Source: a virus. From it: a stretch of DNA of 64,000 nt. The notes below the pieces were generated by a model. That model did not search any database. It saw only the letters and a list, made by a program, of their open reading frames with translations, and was not told the DNA's origin. The stretch spans positions 1-64,000 of the IMG/VR virus record IMGVR_UViG_3300017991_000083, one strand, 5' to 3'. Within the stretch, counting starts at the first letter, position 1, and each line of letters starts with the position of its first letter. The translations under genes were made by a program, and so were the position numbers. Below are positions 7,173-16,456 of this stretch, in pieces.

Positions 7173-9284
7173 CTACTCACGAATCGACGCTATACCATCT
7201 CGCTTCACAACTGTCAAGACATCAGGGAAGTTCTGCTGGATGTTCGGCAGATGACTGATGAGCACGATGGACCTGTCCTGTTCGCGCTCTGACTCGAACA
7301 GCTCGAGCGCCGCCTCCCGGCCCGTCGCGTCCAGGTCCGCCAGGACCTCGTCGAGCATCAGGAACCCGATGCGCGACTCCATCGCACGACTGGCAACAGC
7401 ATTCAGCCCCAGGTACAGGGCCAGGGCCATCCGCTTCTTCTCGCCCCCGCTCCAGGCGTCCCACGGGCTCTCACGTCCCGTCTCCAGGTCGGTGATGAGG
7501 ATCTCGAACTTCTCCGCAGTCCCTCCCGACTGCAGCGGCACTACGGTCTCGAACCGGACACGCACCGCCGGATAGAGCTTCTCAAGGTAGCTGTTGACTT
7601 CGCTCTCGAACTCCGGGATGAAACTGTCGACTACCAGAAGCCGGATCCGCGGGAAGCCGTCGGCCCAGTACTTGGCCATGCGGATGGCCTCGTTCAGGTC
7701 CCCGATCTGCTCGCCATATTCGGCCAGCTCCTTCTCGAGCTTCTTCTTCTCGCGCTTCGCAGACTCGATCGTCGCGATGTTCGACCGGGCCTCTTCGACC
7801 ACGAGCTTGCCGGCCTCGATGTCGTTCTCCATCTCCGTGAGATCGGGCTCCTCATCCGGCAGCCCCTCGCAGGCTTTCTCAGCAGCCTTGAGCTTCTTCT
7901 TTGCCTCGAAGATACGCTCATCGTGGTGGTGCTTGCGCTCCTCGATGGTCTTCTCGACCTCGCCCTGGTGTGCCTGAGCCGCCTCGATGGCAGACATCTC
8001 GTTCTCGAGCCCGTCGATGCGCTTCTGCATCGCGGCCAACTGCTGCTGCTTCTCCTTCAGCCGGAGAAGTTCCTCGGAGTTCTTGACCCGACGGGCACTG
8101 AGTTTCTTCAGGGTCTTCGAGTACTCACGGGCCTGGGCATCGAGCTCGTCGGCGGCCTCCTTTATCGCGTCCGCTGCCTTAGCATCGATGACCCGCCGGC
8201 ACGTCGGGCACGCCGACCCCTTCTGGCCCAGGACCTCGAGGAGCTTCTTGCGCGTACTGTCACAGGAACCGCGGAGAGTTGAGGTCTTGGCGATCTTAGT
8301 CTGCAGCTCGACTTCCCTTTCCTGGCCGGCGGCAATCGCTTCGGTCACATCCTCATCACCGGCCAGAGCAGCGTAGTCAGCCCGGGCACCTTCTATGTTC
8401 TTCTTGATCGTGCCGAGCTTCTCGATCTGCGCCGCGTCCTTCTCGAGCTGCCTCTTCCAACGTCCCAGGTCCTCACTCCGCTGATCCTTCCTGGCCTGGA
8501 CCTCAGACGCCCAATACTCCGCATCAGTCCTGAGCTCGTCCGCCCGCTTCGCCTTCTCCAGGTTCGATCGCAGTGTCTCGAGGAGCCGCTCCCTTGTCAC
8601 GAGAGTCTTCTGTGCCCGGGCCAGTGCAGCATCCCAATCGTCTTCCGTCACCGACCCCATCAGCCCCTCGAGGAGCTCCGTTGCCCGTTCCTTCTTGGCC
8701 ACAACGCGGCCGCGCTCTGACTCCCGCGCACCTGCCGTTGCCCGCGCCAGGCCGGCCGCACGCTCAACGATGTGCAGCCCAAGGATCTTCCCGACAATCT
8801 CGAGCCGGTCCTTGCTCGTGCCCTCGGCGAACACCGAGACGTCGCGCTGGCCGAAGTATGCTACGGACCTGAACGTCTCGAAGTCCATCCCGGTCAGACG
8901 GTTGATGGTCGCCTGGGTGAGCGTCGGCGTCTTGGCGGTCAGGTCCTCCACGCCGGCGTCGGTCTTGCGATGGAGCTCGACGCGGTTGTTCGAGCCACGA
9001 TAACGCCGGATGCGGTAGACATCGCCGGCGACCTCGAATGACAGAACGGCGTGCCCGTTCGTCGCGCCGTGACGGATGATGGCGTCCTTGGGGATCTTCC
9101 TCAGGAGCTTCCCGTAGAACGCCCAGGCAACCAGATCGAGGATAGAGCTCTTGCCCGACCCGTTGCTGTCCGCTCCGGGCGTCTGGTTGTCTCCGACAAT
9201 CAGGAGCATCCCGTACTTCGAGAAGTCGACGGACGCCTCCTCGAACGGGAGTAGGTTCTTGATTGTCAGCTTACGGAGTCTCAT
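7173..9284 (-). CDS. sbcC: SbcC/Rad50 (gp46-like) SMC ATPase
   Basis: Walker A NGSGKSS, CPTC zinc hook within coiled coil, SGGE signature, Walker B LMLDE, ISH. Confidence 0.95.
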   Translation of the reverse strand: MRLRKLTIKNLLPFEEASVDFSKYGMLLIVGDNQTPGADSNGSGKSSILDLVAWAFYGKLLRKIPKDAIIRHGATNGHAVLSFEVAGDVYRIRRYRGSNNRVELHRKTDAGVEDLTAKTPTLTQATINRLTGMDFETFRSVAYFGQRDVSVFAEGTSKDRLEIVGKILGLHIVERAAGLARATAGARESERGRVVAKKERATELLEGLMGSVTEDDWDAALARAQKTLVTRERLLETLRSNLEKAKRADELRTDAEYWASEVQARKDQRSEDLGRWKRQLEKDAAQIEKLGTIKKNIEGARADYAALAGDEDVTEAIAAGQEREVELQTKIAKTSTLRGSCDSTRKKLLEVLGQKGSACPTCRRVIDAKAADAIKEAADELDAQAREYSKTLKKLSARRVKNSEELLRLKEKQQQLAAMQKRIDGLENEMSAIEAAQAHQGEVEKTIEERKHHHDERIFEAKKKLKAAEKACEGLPDEEPDLTEMENDIEAGKLVVEEARSNIATIESAKREKKKLEKELAEYGEQIGDLNEAIRMAKYWADGFPRIRLLVVDSFIPEFESEVNSYLEKLYPAVRVRFETVVPLQSGGTAEKFEILITDLETGRESPWDAWSGGEKKRMALALYLGLNAVASRAMESRIGFLMLDEVLADLDATGREAALELFESEREQDRSIVLISHLPNIQQNFPDVLTVVKRDGIASIRE

Positions 9285-9543
9285 CTATGCACACTACCTT
9301 CAGGTGATCTGTTGTGATGCCTAACCTCTCCATCTCTGCAAGACACATCGGCGTGATTGTCGTGAGTCTGATGCGAGCCAAGCGGGCCTGTGCCAGCAGT
9401 CGAATCTTCCTGTCCATCCTGTCCTGCCCAAGGGGATAGAGCATTATCGGGAGCCCAAAGCGAGGCCCCACCCACAGGTATTTCATCCCCGTGGGTTTAC
9501 TGAACATAACCCCGCGGACAACCTTATCCCTGTCAGCTATCAT
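9271..9543 (-). CDS. Hypothetical protein
   Basis: ATG at 9543 (MIADRDK) with ATGA coupling. Confidence 0.55.
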   Translation of the reverse strand: MIADRDKVVRGVMFSKPTGMKYLWVGPRFGLPIMLYPLGQDRMDRKIRLLAQARLARIRLTTITPMCLAEMERLGITTDHLKVVCIDETP

Positions 9544-9680
9544 CCCACCCCCCCCATGACCACGGCGACCAGAAGAGCCAGAAACAGCGTCCCCATTCCG
9601 ACACAGAGCGCCAGGAACGAACATCCCATTAGGGCCAGAAATAGACCCCACAGCAGGCGGTCTTGTTCGTCAGGGTTCAC
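9540..9680 (-). CDS. 46-aa membrane peptide (absent from the ORF track)
   Basis: GTG-AAC-CCT... gives MNPDEQDRLLWGLFLALMGCSFLALCVGMGTLFLALLVAVVMGGVG; GAGGAG SD; ATGA coupling downstream. Confidence 0.6.
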   Translation of the reverse strand: MNPDEQDRLLWGLFLALMGCSFLALCVGMGTLFLALLVAVVMGGVG

Positions 9681-9927
9681 TATCTCTCCTCATCCCGTTC
9701 CGCTCGAGCCACTCCAGGAACTCCGCTCTGGTGTCCCACGACATCGGCACCCCGATCCTCTGGCCGCGGCTGTTCTTCAACGGCCCCACATGCTCGCACC
9801 AGGCGCCCTGCCGACTGACTCGCGCCTCCACGAGAGAGTACTGTCGAAGAAGGATCCCGGCCGAAAGGACCGCCAGCAGTGCGACCACACACAGGGCCCC
9901 GGGCAGATTACGGCTCCTCATGTTCAC
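9670..9927 (-). CDS. Membrane-anchored hypothetical protein
   Basis: N-terminal hydrophobic helix ALCVVALLAVLSAGILL. Confidence 0.6.
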   Translation of the reverse strand: MNMRSRNLPGALCVVALLAVLSAGILLRQYSLVEARVSRQGAWCEHVGPLKNSRGQRIGVPMSWDTRAEFLEWLERNGMRRDSEP

Positions 9928-11059
9928 GTGCCTCCATCAGGAGCGAACGCCCCAGGTCGATGAGCTGGTTCATGCCCCTGGCACCGGGCGGCGGTTCCTG
10001 CTCGACGTAGATCTCAATGGCGTCGTCCAGAGAGATGCCGACCTGCATCCCCGCCATCCGAGACTCGCGCTCGCGCTTGACGATATCGTAGGTGGCGATG
10101 ACGTCCCAAGCGCCACGGTCGCGTAGCTGCTTCTTGGCCGTCGCCAGGAGAGTCCCCGCGAACTGGTGACAGAATCCCGAGGACCCCCTGACGAACAGCT
10201 TGACCAGCGCATTCTTCGGGTCGACGGCGAGCCAGTTTGCTTTCGAGTTGGCCTGGTCTACCTCGACTTGGATGAACGGCCGGTCGTGGACGTCGGCGAA
10301 GAACACCTTGCGTACCTCGCCCGTATCCGGGTCGAGCTTGACGCACTTGAAGCCCTTCGCCTGGTCCCTTTCCGAGAACGTCACGCGCCCGATGGACCCG
10401 CTGTAGTAGAGCTGGTCCCCGCGATGGAAGTCGCCGAGCGCGACGTATGCGAACGGGTCGATATCTGCCTGGGTGATCTCGACCCCCTTCTCGGCCTCGT
10501 ACGTGTCCGATGCCCAGGCTCCCATGACAGGGAAGTGCCCGAGCAGAATGTTGATATACTCGTCATCAGTCCAGGCCTTCCACTCTCGAGGGTAGACATC
10601 CCTCGCCCACGGCTGCACGACCAGGTTCACGTTGGCCCTCGACCGGACTGTAGTGAACATGTGATTCCCGAGCTCGTCCAGGACCGCCACGTTGCCGCTC
10701 TGCAGCGGAAACTCCTCCATGACGTAGCTGAACGTCTCCAGGAAATGGCCCTCCCGACCTATGTCGTGCTGGCCGATCGTGATGAACGTCTGGACCCCCG
10801 AGAGTAGGAAGTCCCGGAGCACCCCGGCGAAGACGCGCCGCGTGACCTCGTCAGGCCTGGAGTGGAAGATGTCCCCCGCAACCAGGATGAAGTCGACCCG
10901 CTTCTCGACGGCGAACGCCAGCATCTTCCTGATGTTGGTCGCCAGGTCCAGTAGCCGACGGCTGACCCCGGCCTCGTCACGTCCCCCATAGGAACACGTG
11001 TTGGTCAGGTGCCAGTCGGCAGTGTGTATGAACTTGAGAGCGGGTCGCTTCTTCGACAT
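9908..11059 (-). CDS. sbcD: SbcD/Mre11 (gp47-like) nuclease
   Basis: HTADWH, AGDIFH, GQHD, LGH, ALGDFH, YSGS phosphoesterase motifs. Confidence 0.93.
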   Translation of the reverse strand: MSKKRPALKFIHTADWHLTNTCSYGGRDEAGVSRRLLDLATNIRKMLAFAVEKRVDFILVAGDIFHSRPDEVTRRVFAGVLRDFLLSGVQTFITIGQHDIGREGHFLETFSYVMEEFPLQSGNVAVLDELGNHMFTTVRSRANVNLVVQPWARDVYPREWKAWTDDEYINILLGHFPVMGAWASDTYEAEKGVEITQADIDPFAYVALGDFHRGDQLYYSGSIGRVTFSERDQAKGFKCVKLDPDTGEVRKVFFADVHDRPFIQVEVDQANSKANWLAVDPKNALVKLFVRGSSGFCHQFAGTLLATAKKQLRDRGAWDVIATYDIVKRERESRMAGMQVGISLDDAIEIYVEQEPPPGARGMNQLIDLGRSLLMEAREHEEP

Positions 11060-11062
11060 CTT

Positions 11063-11353
11063 CTAGTCGCCCCGGGAATGGGTCTTGCCAGGCCCACCCG
11101 GGCCCGGCGCCGCCATCGCCTTCGTGTGATCGACGAGCTTGAGCCTCTTCGAGTTGGGGACCTTCTTCAGCCGGCCCACGTCGACCCAGCAACAGGCCGC
11201 GGGTTTCCCCGAGTCCTTCTCGCACTTCTCCGGCTCGACGCACACGTGCATACAGCCCGTGTCGTAGACCGAGATCCCCGTCACCCGGCCCTTGAACTTG
11301 CTGATGACATCCTGAACGTGGTCTCCCCACTCGAACGGCGCTCTGAACTCCAT
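11063..11353 (-). CDS. Small SH3-like phage protein
   Basis: GDHVQDVISKFKGRVTG..YDTGC pattern; GAGGAGGGG SD. Confidence 0.7.
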   Translation of the reverse strand: MEFRAPFEWGDHVQDVISKFKGRVTGISVYDTGCMHVCVEPEKCEKDSGKPAACCWVDVGRLKKVPNSKRLKLVDHTKAMAAPGPGGPGKTHSRGD

Positions 11354-11365
11354 ACCCCCTCCTCT

Positions 11366-11398
11366 CAGAATCCGGACATTATCCGGACATTGATTCTG
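11366..11398. promoter_or_regulatory. Tandem 11-bp repeat ATCCGGACATT x2 inside a CAGAATC/GATTCTG inverted repeat
   Basis: Intergenic, just upstream of the SD of the sbcD/sbcC unit; a third CCGGACAT at 11449-11456. Confidence 0.5.
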
Positions 11399-11456
11399 GC
11401 CCGTGTCGAGTTAGGCCCTAGCCCGCAGGCCTTTCTCTGGACACGAACCCGGACAT

Positions 11457-11879
11457 CTACGTGGCCGGAACCACCCCGCACCCGCTAGGCGGCGTCAGGT
11501 TCGCCCGGGCGATGCTCTCAGTCTCGCACCACTCGGATTCCATGATGACCGTACCCTCGGAGTCGCGGGCAACGTGCTTCACATAGTAGGTGAACGTCTT
11601 ACCGGCGTCGGCCTCGGAGATCGAATCGCGATACGTGCCCTGCAGTCCCTCGCCCATGTAGGGCAAGTCGACCGCGACCAGCTCCATATCCGCCTGGCCC
11701 TCCTCGAGCCGTGCGAGGTCGGTCGTGATGATCGCATCGGCCGGCCCGATCCAGGTCCCGTCGAGCCACGTGACGTCGAGCAGGCCGGTCTGAGTGTAGA
11801 AGTCCGCCGCGCAACACGCGCCCGGCATCAGCGCCATCGCCACGAGCGCCATCGCCAGCAGGGTCACTGGTAGTCTCAT
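11457..11879 (-). CDS. Secreted beta-sandwich (FN3/Ig-like) protein
   Basis: Signal peptide MRLPVTLLAMALVAMALMPGACCA; Y.D......GKTFTYYV strand pattern. Confidence 0.7.
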   Translation of the reverse strand: MRLPVTLLAMALVAMALMPGACCAADFYTQTGLLDVTWLDGTWIGPADAIITTDLARLEEGQADMELVAVDLPYMGEGLQGTYRDSISEADAGKTFTYYVKHVARDSEGTVIMESEWCETESIARANLTPPSGCGVVPAT

Positions 11880-11888
11880 CGGTCCCTC

Positions 11889-12173
11889 CTAGTCTGTGGG
11901 AGCCACAGCACAGCCCCCGATCTCCAGCACATATCCAGTTGCCACTCTGAACATCAGCGTGTGCGTGCCGGGTCCGGCGTAGGGAGTCCAGAACTCCATC
12001 GTCCCCGCGCTGCTCGAGACGGGCTCGAGCTCCGGCACACGAACGCCGTCGACGTAGATCTCGTATGTCGTATCCGGCATAACACCTGACAGGGTGTGGT
12101 GCATGTTCATTGGCGCCGCAGCGACGACCGCCAGAACAAGCACCACCATCCCTGTCAGGGCGGGCCGGATCAT
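11889..12173 (-). CDS. Small secreted beta-rich protein
   Basis: Signal peptide [20 protein letters not shown]; TYEIYVDG. Confidence 0.7.
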   Translation of the reverse strand: MIRPALTGMVVLVLAVVAAAPMNMHHTLSGVMPDTTYEIYVDGVRVPELEPVSSSAGTMEFWTPYAGPGTHTLMFRVATGYVLEIGGCAVAPTD

Positions 12174-13087
12174 TACTTCAGGTCCTCCATCACCGTGAAG
12201 ATGTGGCCTCCGTTGTCGAACACGGTCGCGCCAGGACACATGCTGTCAGCGAAGTTCACCGCCTGGACGACGTCGTCGTCCGTGATGTTGTCGCCCGTCT
12301 GCGAGCCGGCGGGACCGCACGGGATGATGAGCGGCGGCAGCCGGAACGGGTTCTCGCGCAGGCCGTAGGGACCACCACGAATAACGTCGAGCCCACGGAG
12401 CCTCTGCGGCGAGCCGTCGTGGAACGAGTTCGGGAAGTTCTCGTAGCAGATGCCGTCACAGGCCGGGCAACGGTGCGTGCCGTTGCCGAACACGCTCACG
12501 CGCTCCTTGGTCCAGACTCTGCCCGACCGCTTGGCCAGATTGAATCTGAACGACGCGACGAAGAAGTAGAGGTCTTCGATGTAGCTCGTCAGCTCGAACT
12601 CCTCGAGCTTCACTCCGTTCCACTTCCCGAGCCACCAGTTGATGCCCTTGTCGGGCAGGTAGTCAAGGAACAGGCCGTCGGGGATGAGGCGGAAATGCGG
12701 TGCGTGCCCCACGAGCAGGCCACAGTGGACATCGACCAGGTCCCGGACCACGTTCTGATGCCGGAAGTCTATCATCGCCTGCGGGTTTGGCGTGTCACTG
12801 ACCACGACCTCGCCCTCCGCGTTGCGGAACCAGGCATTGTTCGCCTCAACCGCTTCTCGAATCCTGACCTGGGGCTCCGCCTGTGATGTCCAACTGATGT
12901 AGATCACGGGGACATGTAGCAGTATCAGCGCCCCTTCGCGCTGACGGGCGATGCACCAGTCCATCGCCGCCGGGTCCTGCATCGTCCGCCACTGGACGCA
13001 GATGACCTTGTAGCGCCCATCGATGTCCAAGGGCGGCTCCTGCGCTCGGAAGAAGTATCCGGGCTTCACTCTATCGGGAAGACTCAC
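12173..13087 (-). CDS. Putative glycoside hydrolase-like TIM-barrel protein
   Basis: MIDFR...PDGLFLDY...VFGNG...DGICYENFP motif order resembles uncharacterised GH-like barrels. Confidence 0.5.
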   Translation of the reverse strand: MSLPDRVKPGYFFRAQEPPLDIDGRYKVICVQWRTMQDPAAMDWCIARQREGALILLHVPVIYISWTSQAEPQVRIREAVEANNAWFRNAEGEVVVSDTPNPQAMIDFRHQNVVRDLVDVHCGLLVGHAPHFRLIPDGLFLDYLPDKGINWWLGKWNGVKLEEFELTSYIEDLYFFVASFRFNLAKRSGRVWTKERVSVFGNGTHRCPACDGICYENFPNSFHDGSPQRLRGLDVIRGGPYGLRENPFRLPPLIIPCGPAGSQTGDNITDDDVVQAVNFADSMCPGATVFDNGGHIFTVMEDLK

Positions 13088-14175
13088 AGCGCCTCCTCAA
13101 TGGCTTTCGCCAGTTCCGCGTTCTCCTTCAGGACTCCCCTCAGCGCCTCACGACCCTGGGCGAGGGCCCCCTCCGGGAGCTTCCCGGAGAATGCGAGCTG
13201 GATCGCCGCCACCGTGTTCGCCGCCGGCGGATCTTCGCCCTCGCCCAGGTAGTAGAATGCGCCCTTGCGCGTGATGACGCCCGACGCCTCAGCCAGATCG
13301 ATGAGCTCGCCTATGCGATCGAGCCCCTCGCCGTAGATGATCGCCGAACGGGCGACCCGGAACGGCGGAGCGAGCTTGTTCTTCACGACCTTCAATCTGA
13401 GCCTGTGGCCAGTCGGGCCCTCGTCCTTCCCGCCCGCACCCTTGATCTTCTCGCCAGCCCGGACGTCGATGCGCTGACTCGCATAGAACTTCAGGGCCCG
13501 ACCACCTGGCGTCGTCTCGGGATTGCCATACATCACACCGATCTTCATGCGTATCTGGTTGATGAAGATGGCGCAGGTTCTGGTCTTGTTGATGGCCGCC
13601 GCGAGCTTCCTCAGCGCCTGGGACATCAGTCTGGCCTGCAGGCCCACGTGCGAGTCGCCCATACTGCCCTCGACCTCGGCACGCGGCAACAGGGCCGCTA
13701 CCGAATCCAGGACAACGATGTCTACCGCGCCGCTCATCACGAACTTCTCCATGATCTCGAGCGCCTCTTCGCCGCTGTCCGGCTGAGAGACGATGAGCGG
13801 GTTGTCCTTGGTGTCGATGTGGACTCCCAGGGCACCGGCGTAGTCCCTGTCGAGCGCGTTCTCGACGTCGATCATGACCGCCGTGCCGCCCTGGGCCTGG
13901 CACTGTGCGATGGCCGAAAGGGCCAGAGTCGTCTTGCCCGAGCCCTCGGGCCCGTAGACCTCGACGATGCGCCCCCTGGCGAACCCGCCTATGCCCAGGG
14001 CCCGGTCCAGGGCCGGGCTCCCGGTCGGGATCACGTCTATGTGTTGGGTCGGCACGGTCCCGTCCAGGGCGAGAACCGAGCCTACCCCGTACTGCTTTTC
14101 GATCTGGCCAACGGCCGCGGCAAGGGCCGCTTTACGGCCGTCTTCTTTGGCCGTTGTTTTCTTCTTTCCACCCAC
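13084..14175 (-). CDS. recA: RecA recombinase
   Basis: [67 protein letters not shown]. Confidence 0.98.
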   Translation of the reverse strand: MGGKKKTTAKEDGRKAALAAAVGQIEKQYGVGSVLALDGTVPTQHIDVIPTGSPALDRALGIGGFARGRIVEVYGPEGSGKTTLALSAIAQCQAQGGTAVMIDVENALDRDYAGALGVHIDTKDNPLIVSQPDSGEEALEIMEKFVMSGAVDIVVLDSVAALLPRAEVEGSMGDSHVGLQARLMSQALRKLAAAINKTRTCAIFINQIRMKIGVMYGNPETTPGGRALKFYASQRIDVRAGEKIKGAGGKDEGPTGHRLRLKVVKNKLAPPFRVARSAIIYGEGLDRIGELIDLAEASGVITRKGAFYYLGEGEDPPAANTVAAIQLAFSGKLPEGALAQGREALRGVLKENAELAKAIEEAL

Positions 14176-14849
14176 GGCATCAGTCTCCGGATGAGTCGGA
14201 CCAGCTCGCGCACGTCCGACTTGTAGGGCCCATAGGTCGCAGCTTCGTCTCTGACCAGGACTGCAGGATGGAGCATCGCGAAGTAGAGGCGGTGCCCGGT
14301 CTCCTTGGTGTAGAACGTCTGGCCGCGCTTTTTCTTGATCCCCTGCAGGCCGATCAGCTCCTGCAGTGGCAGGCCCCCGAACAGAACCACGATCTTCGGC
14401 TTGACGAGCTCAATCTCGGCGTCGAGCCATCGCCGGCACGCATTGAGCTCCTTCCGACTAGGGTCACGGTTCCGTCCGTCAGTGAAGGGCCGGCACTTCA
14501 CGAGGTTCGTGACATAGACCTCGTCCCGTTCCAGGCCCACCTTGGACAGGATGCGGTCGAACCATTCGCCGGATGGCCCCACGAACGGCCGACCGATCCT
14601 GTCCTCGTCTCGGCCGGGGCCGATGCCGATGAACATCACATCAGCGTCGACCCCGCCCTCGCCGCACACCGCCCGGCCCCTGGTCCTTTCCAGGCCACAG
14701 GCGGTGCAGGCTCTCACTCCCGAACACAACTGCCTGAGGGAGTCAGCCGGACTAGAAGTTGTCGTCCTCTTCGTCGTCGTCGGCGACTTCTTCGTCTTCT
14801 TCGTCGTCTTCGACGTCCTCGTCTTCTTCGTCGTCGTCGGCATCCTCAT
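14082..14849 (-). CDS. Family-4 uracil-DNA glycosylase (start uncertain)
   Basis: CTACGL Fe-S motif, [29 protein letters not shown]. Confidence 0.88.
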   Translation of the reverse strand: MRMPTTTKKTRTSKTTKKTKKSPTTTKRTTTSSPADSLRQLCSGVRACTACGLERTRGRAVCGEGGVDADVMFIGIGPGRDEDRIGRPFVGPSGEWFDRILSKVGLERDEVYVTNLVKCRPFTDGRNRDPSRKELNACRRWLDAEIELVKPKIVVLFGGLPLQELIGLQGIKKKRGQTFYTKETGHRLYFAMLHPAVLVRDEAATYGPYKSDVRELVRLIRRLMPWVERRKQRPKKTAVKRPLPRPLARSKSSTG

Positions 14850-15759
14850 CCTCAGACTCGTCGTCCTCTACCTCTTCGTCCTCAGACTCGTTGTCCTCTA
14901 CCTCTTCGTCCTCGGACTCGTCGTCCTCTACCTCTTCGTCCTCGGACTCGTCGTCCTCTACCTCTTCGTCCTCGATCTCGTCAGGGGCGACATCGTCGCC
15001 GTCATCGAAGGCGGCATCGACATCGACGTCCCCCTCGATCCCCTCGGAGATGCCGAGCGCCATGTAGATCTCGCCGAGCGGGGTCGGGTCCTGGTAGGCC
15101 AGCAGACCGTCGCCGAGCAGGTCCATCGGATCGGACATCTCGCTCAGGTCCGGCATCTTGCCCGACTCGGCCGGCGGGATGGGCTGCACGGTGTAGCGCG
15201 TCGCACGGCCAGAGCCCGTCTTCTTGATGTTCACGATCCACTTCGTCGGCGCACCGTAGCTATCCATCGCCGCGAAGTCGGCGATGCTCTCGAAGATCTG
15301 CGGGCCGATGCCATCACGCCCGCCGAGGAGCTCGATGCGGTCCCCGTAGACCGGAACCTGCTTGGTCGCCTGCTTGCCGTCCTTCATGACGGGGACCTTC
15401 TTCCCGTCCTTGCCCTTCTTCCAGCGCTTCTTCTTGACGAAGGTCACGGGGACCGCCGCCAGGTAGAACTTGCGCTGCCAGGAACAGCGCTGGTCAGGCG
15501 GCGGGACACCGGCCTCGCGCTCGTCCCTGATGAGCTGACAGGCCGGACACTTGTCGACCGCCATGCCCTGCTTCCTGTAGCCGCCAGGGCAACAGAGTCG
15601 GACGTTCCCGCCGTCCGGGTTCTCCGTCCAGTGAACCACGGCCTTGCCGTATGCGTCCCGGACGATTCGGACGAAGTTGTCCCCCTCCGCCAGCGTGATG
15701 CCCTTGCTGCGCCTCTCGCCGTCGAAGTCCTTGCTCAGTTGCCTACTCTCCTGCACCAC
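14752..15759 (-). CDS. gp32-like single-stranded DNA-binding protein with a very long acidic tail
   Basis: GTG at 15759 with AAGGAG SD; H..C..CPAC Zn ligands, IKKTGSG..TRYTV OB-fold end, about 90-aa D/E tail. Confidence 0.8.
   Translation of the reverse strand: MVQESRQLSKDFDGERRSKGITLAEGDNFVRIVRDAYGKAVVHWTENPDGGNVRLCCPGGYRKQGMAVDKCPACQLIRDEREAGVPPPDQRCSWQRKFYLAAVPVTFVKKKRWKKGKDGKKVPVMKDGKQATKQVPVYGDRIELLGGRDGIGPQIFESIADFAAMDSYGAPTKWIVNIKKTGSGRATRYTVQPIPPAESGKMPDLSEMSDPMDLLGDGLLAYQDPTPLGEIYMALGISEGIEGDVDVDAAFDDGDDVAPDEIEDEEVEDDESEDEEVEDDESEDEEVEDNESEDEEVEDDESEDEDADDDEEDEDVEDDEEDEEVADDDEEDDNF
14851..14970. repeat. Four tandem 30-bp repeats encoding DEEVEDDESE
   Basis: ctc(a/g)gactcgt(c/t)gtcctctacctcttcgtc x4. 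Confidence 0.9.
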
Positions 15760-16456
15760 TCTGAGATCTCCTTTCTCGGGCCTTCCTACCCGCCTCCTTC
15801 TGTCGCCGGGGCCGTATCTTGTGGGGCGTGATGCCCTCGACATCGATGAGGCCCATGTGCATCGTGTCGCCGAGCAGGTCCGCTATCTTCGTCATCGTGA
15901 ACGATCGAGACGACAGCGCGTCTGTGACCTGCCTCAGAACGTCGCGGTGCCGCGTGCGCTGCCTGACCCGCAGAGCGGCCTCGCGATACTCATCGCAGAC
16001 CTTGACGATAGTCTCTCCGTGCTTGGCCGCGATCTCGTCGCGGACCACGTCGGCGGTCTTCTCGCTCGCCGCCGCGAGCTTCCTGGCCGTCGCGCTCACC
16101 AGGTCCTTTACCCGGTCCACGCTCGGCTTCTTGCCCTCCGAAACCTCAGCCCATCGGTAGAGGGTCTCTTTCGCAGAACCCTCCGTCGCATTGAGGTACT
16201 CCTGGGCCCGCGAAACGCGCTCCTCTGCATGTGCGAGCTGCGTACCGAAGAACGCCTTGGTGGCCGGCAGCTCGTCGAGCGCGTGCAGGACCTGGAACGG
16301 GTCCTCGCACCCGTCCCCCAGGGTCAGCATCTCGTCCAGGTCGACCCTGACGGTCTCCTTGCCTACAGGCAGGTCGAACACCCGCATCGAGGCAGGTAGC
16401 CTCAGGATCGAGAGCGAGTCTAGTTGGTGGAGCTTCTTGCTGGCTTCTCCGGCCAT
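15743..16456 (-). CDS. UvsY-like recombination mediator (coiled-coil)
   Basis: Helical protein with KKPSVDRVKD...Y.EA...DALSSR pattern; adjacent to SSB and RecA. Confidence 0.55.
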   Translation of the reverse strand: MAGEASKKLHQLDSLSILRLPASMRVFDLPVGKETVRVDLDEMLTLGDGCEDPFQVLHALDELPATKAFFGTQLAHAEERVSRAQEYLNATEGSAKETLYRWAEVSEGKKPSVDRVKDLVSATARKLAAASEKTADVVRDEIAAKHGETIVKVCDEYREAALRVRQRTRHRDVLRQVTDALSSRSFTMTKIADLLGDTMHMGLIDVEGITPHKIRPRRQKEAGRKARERRSQSGAGE

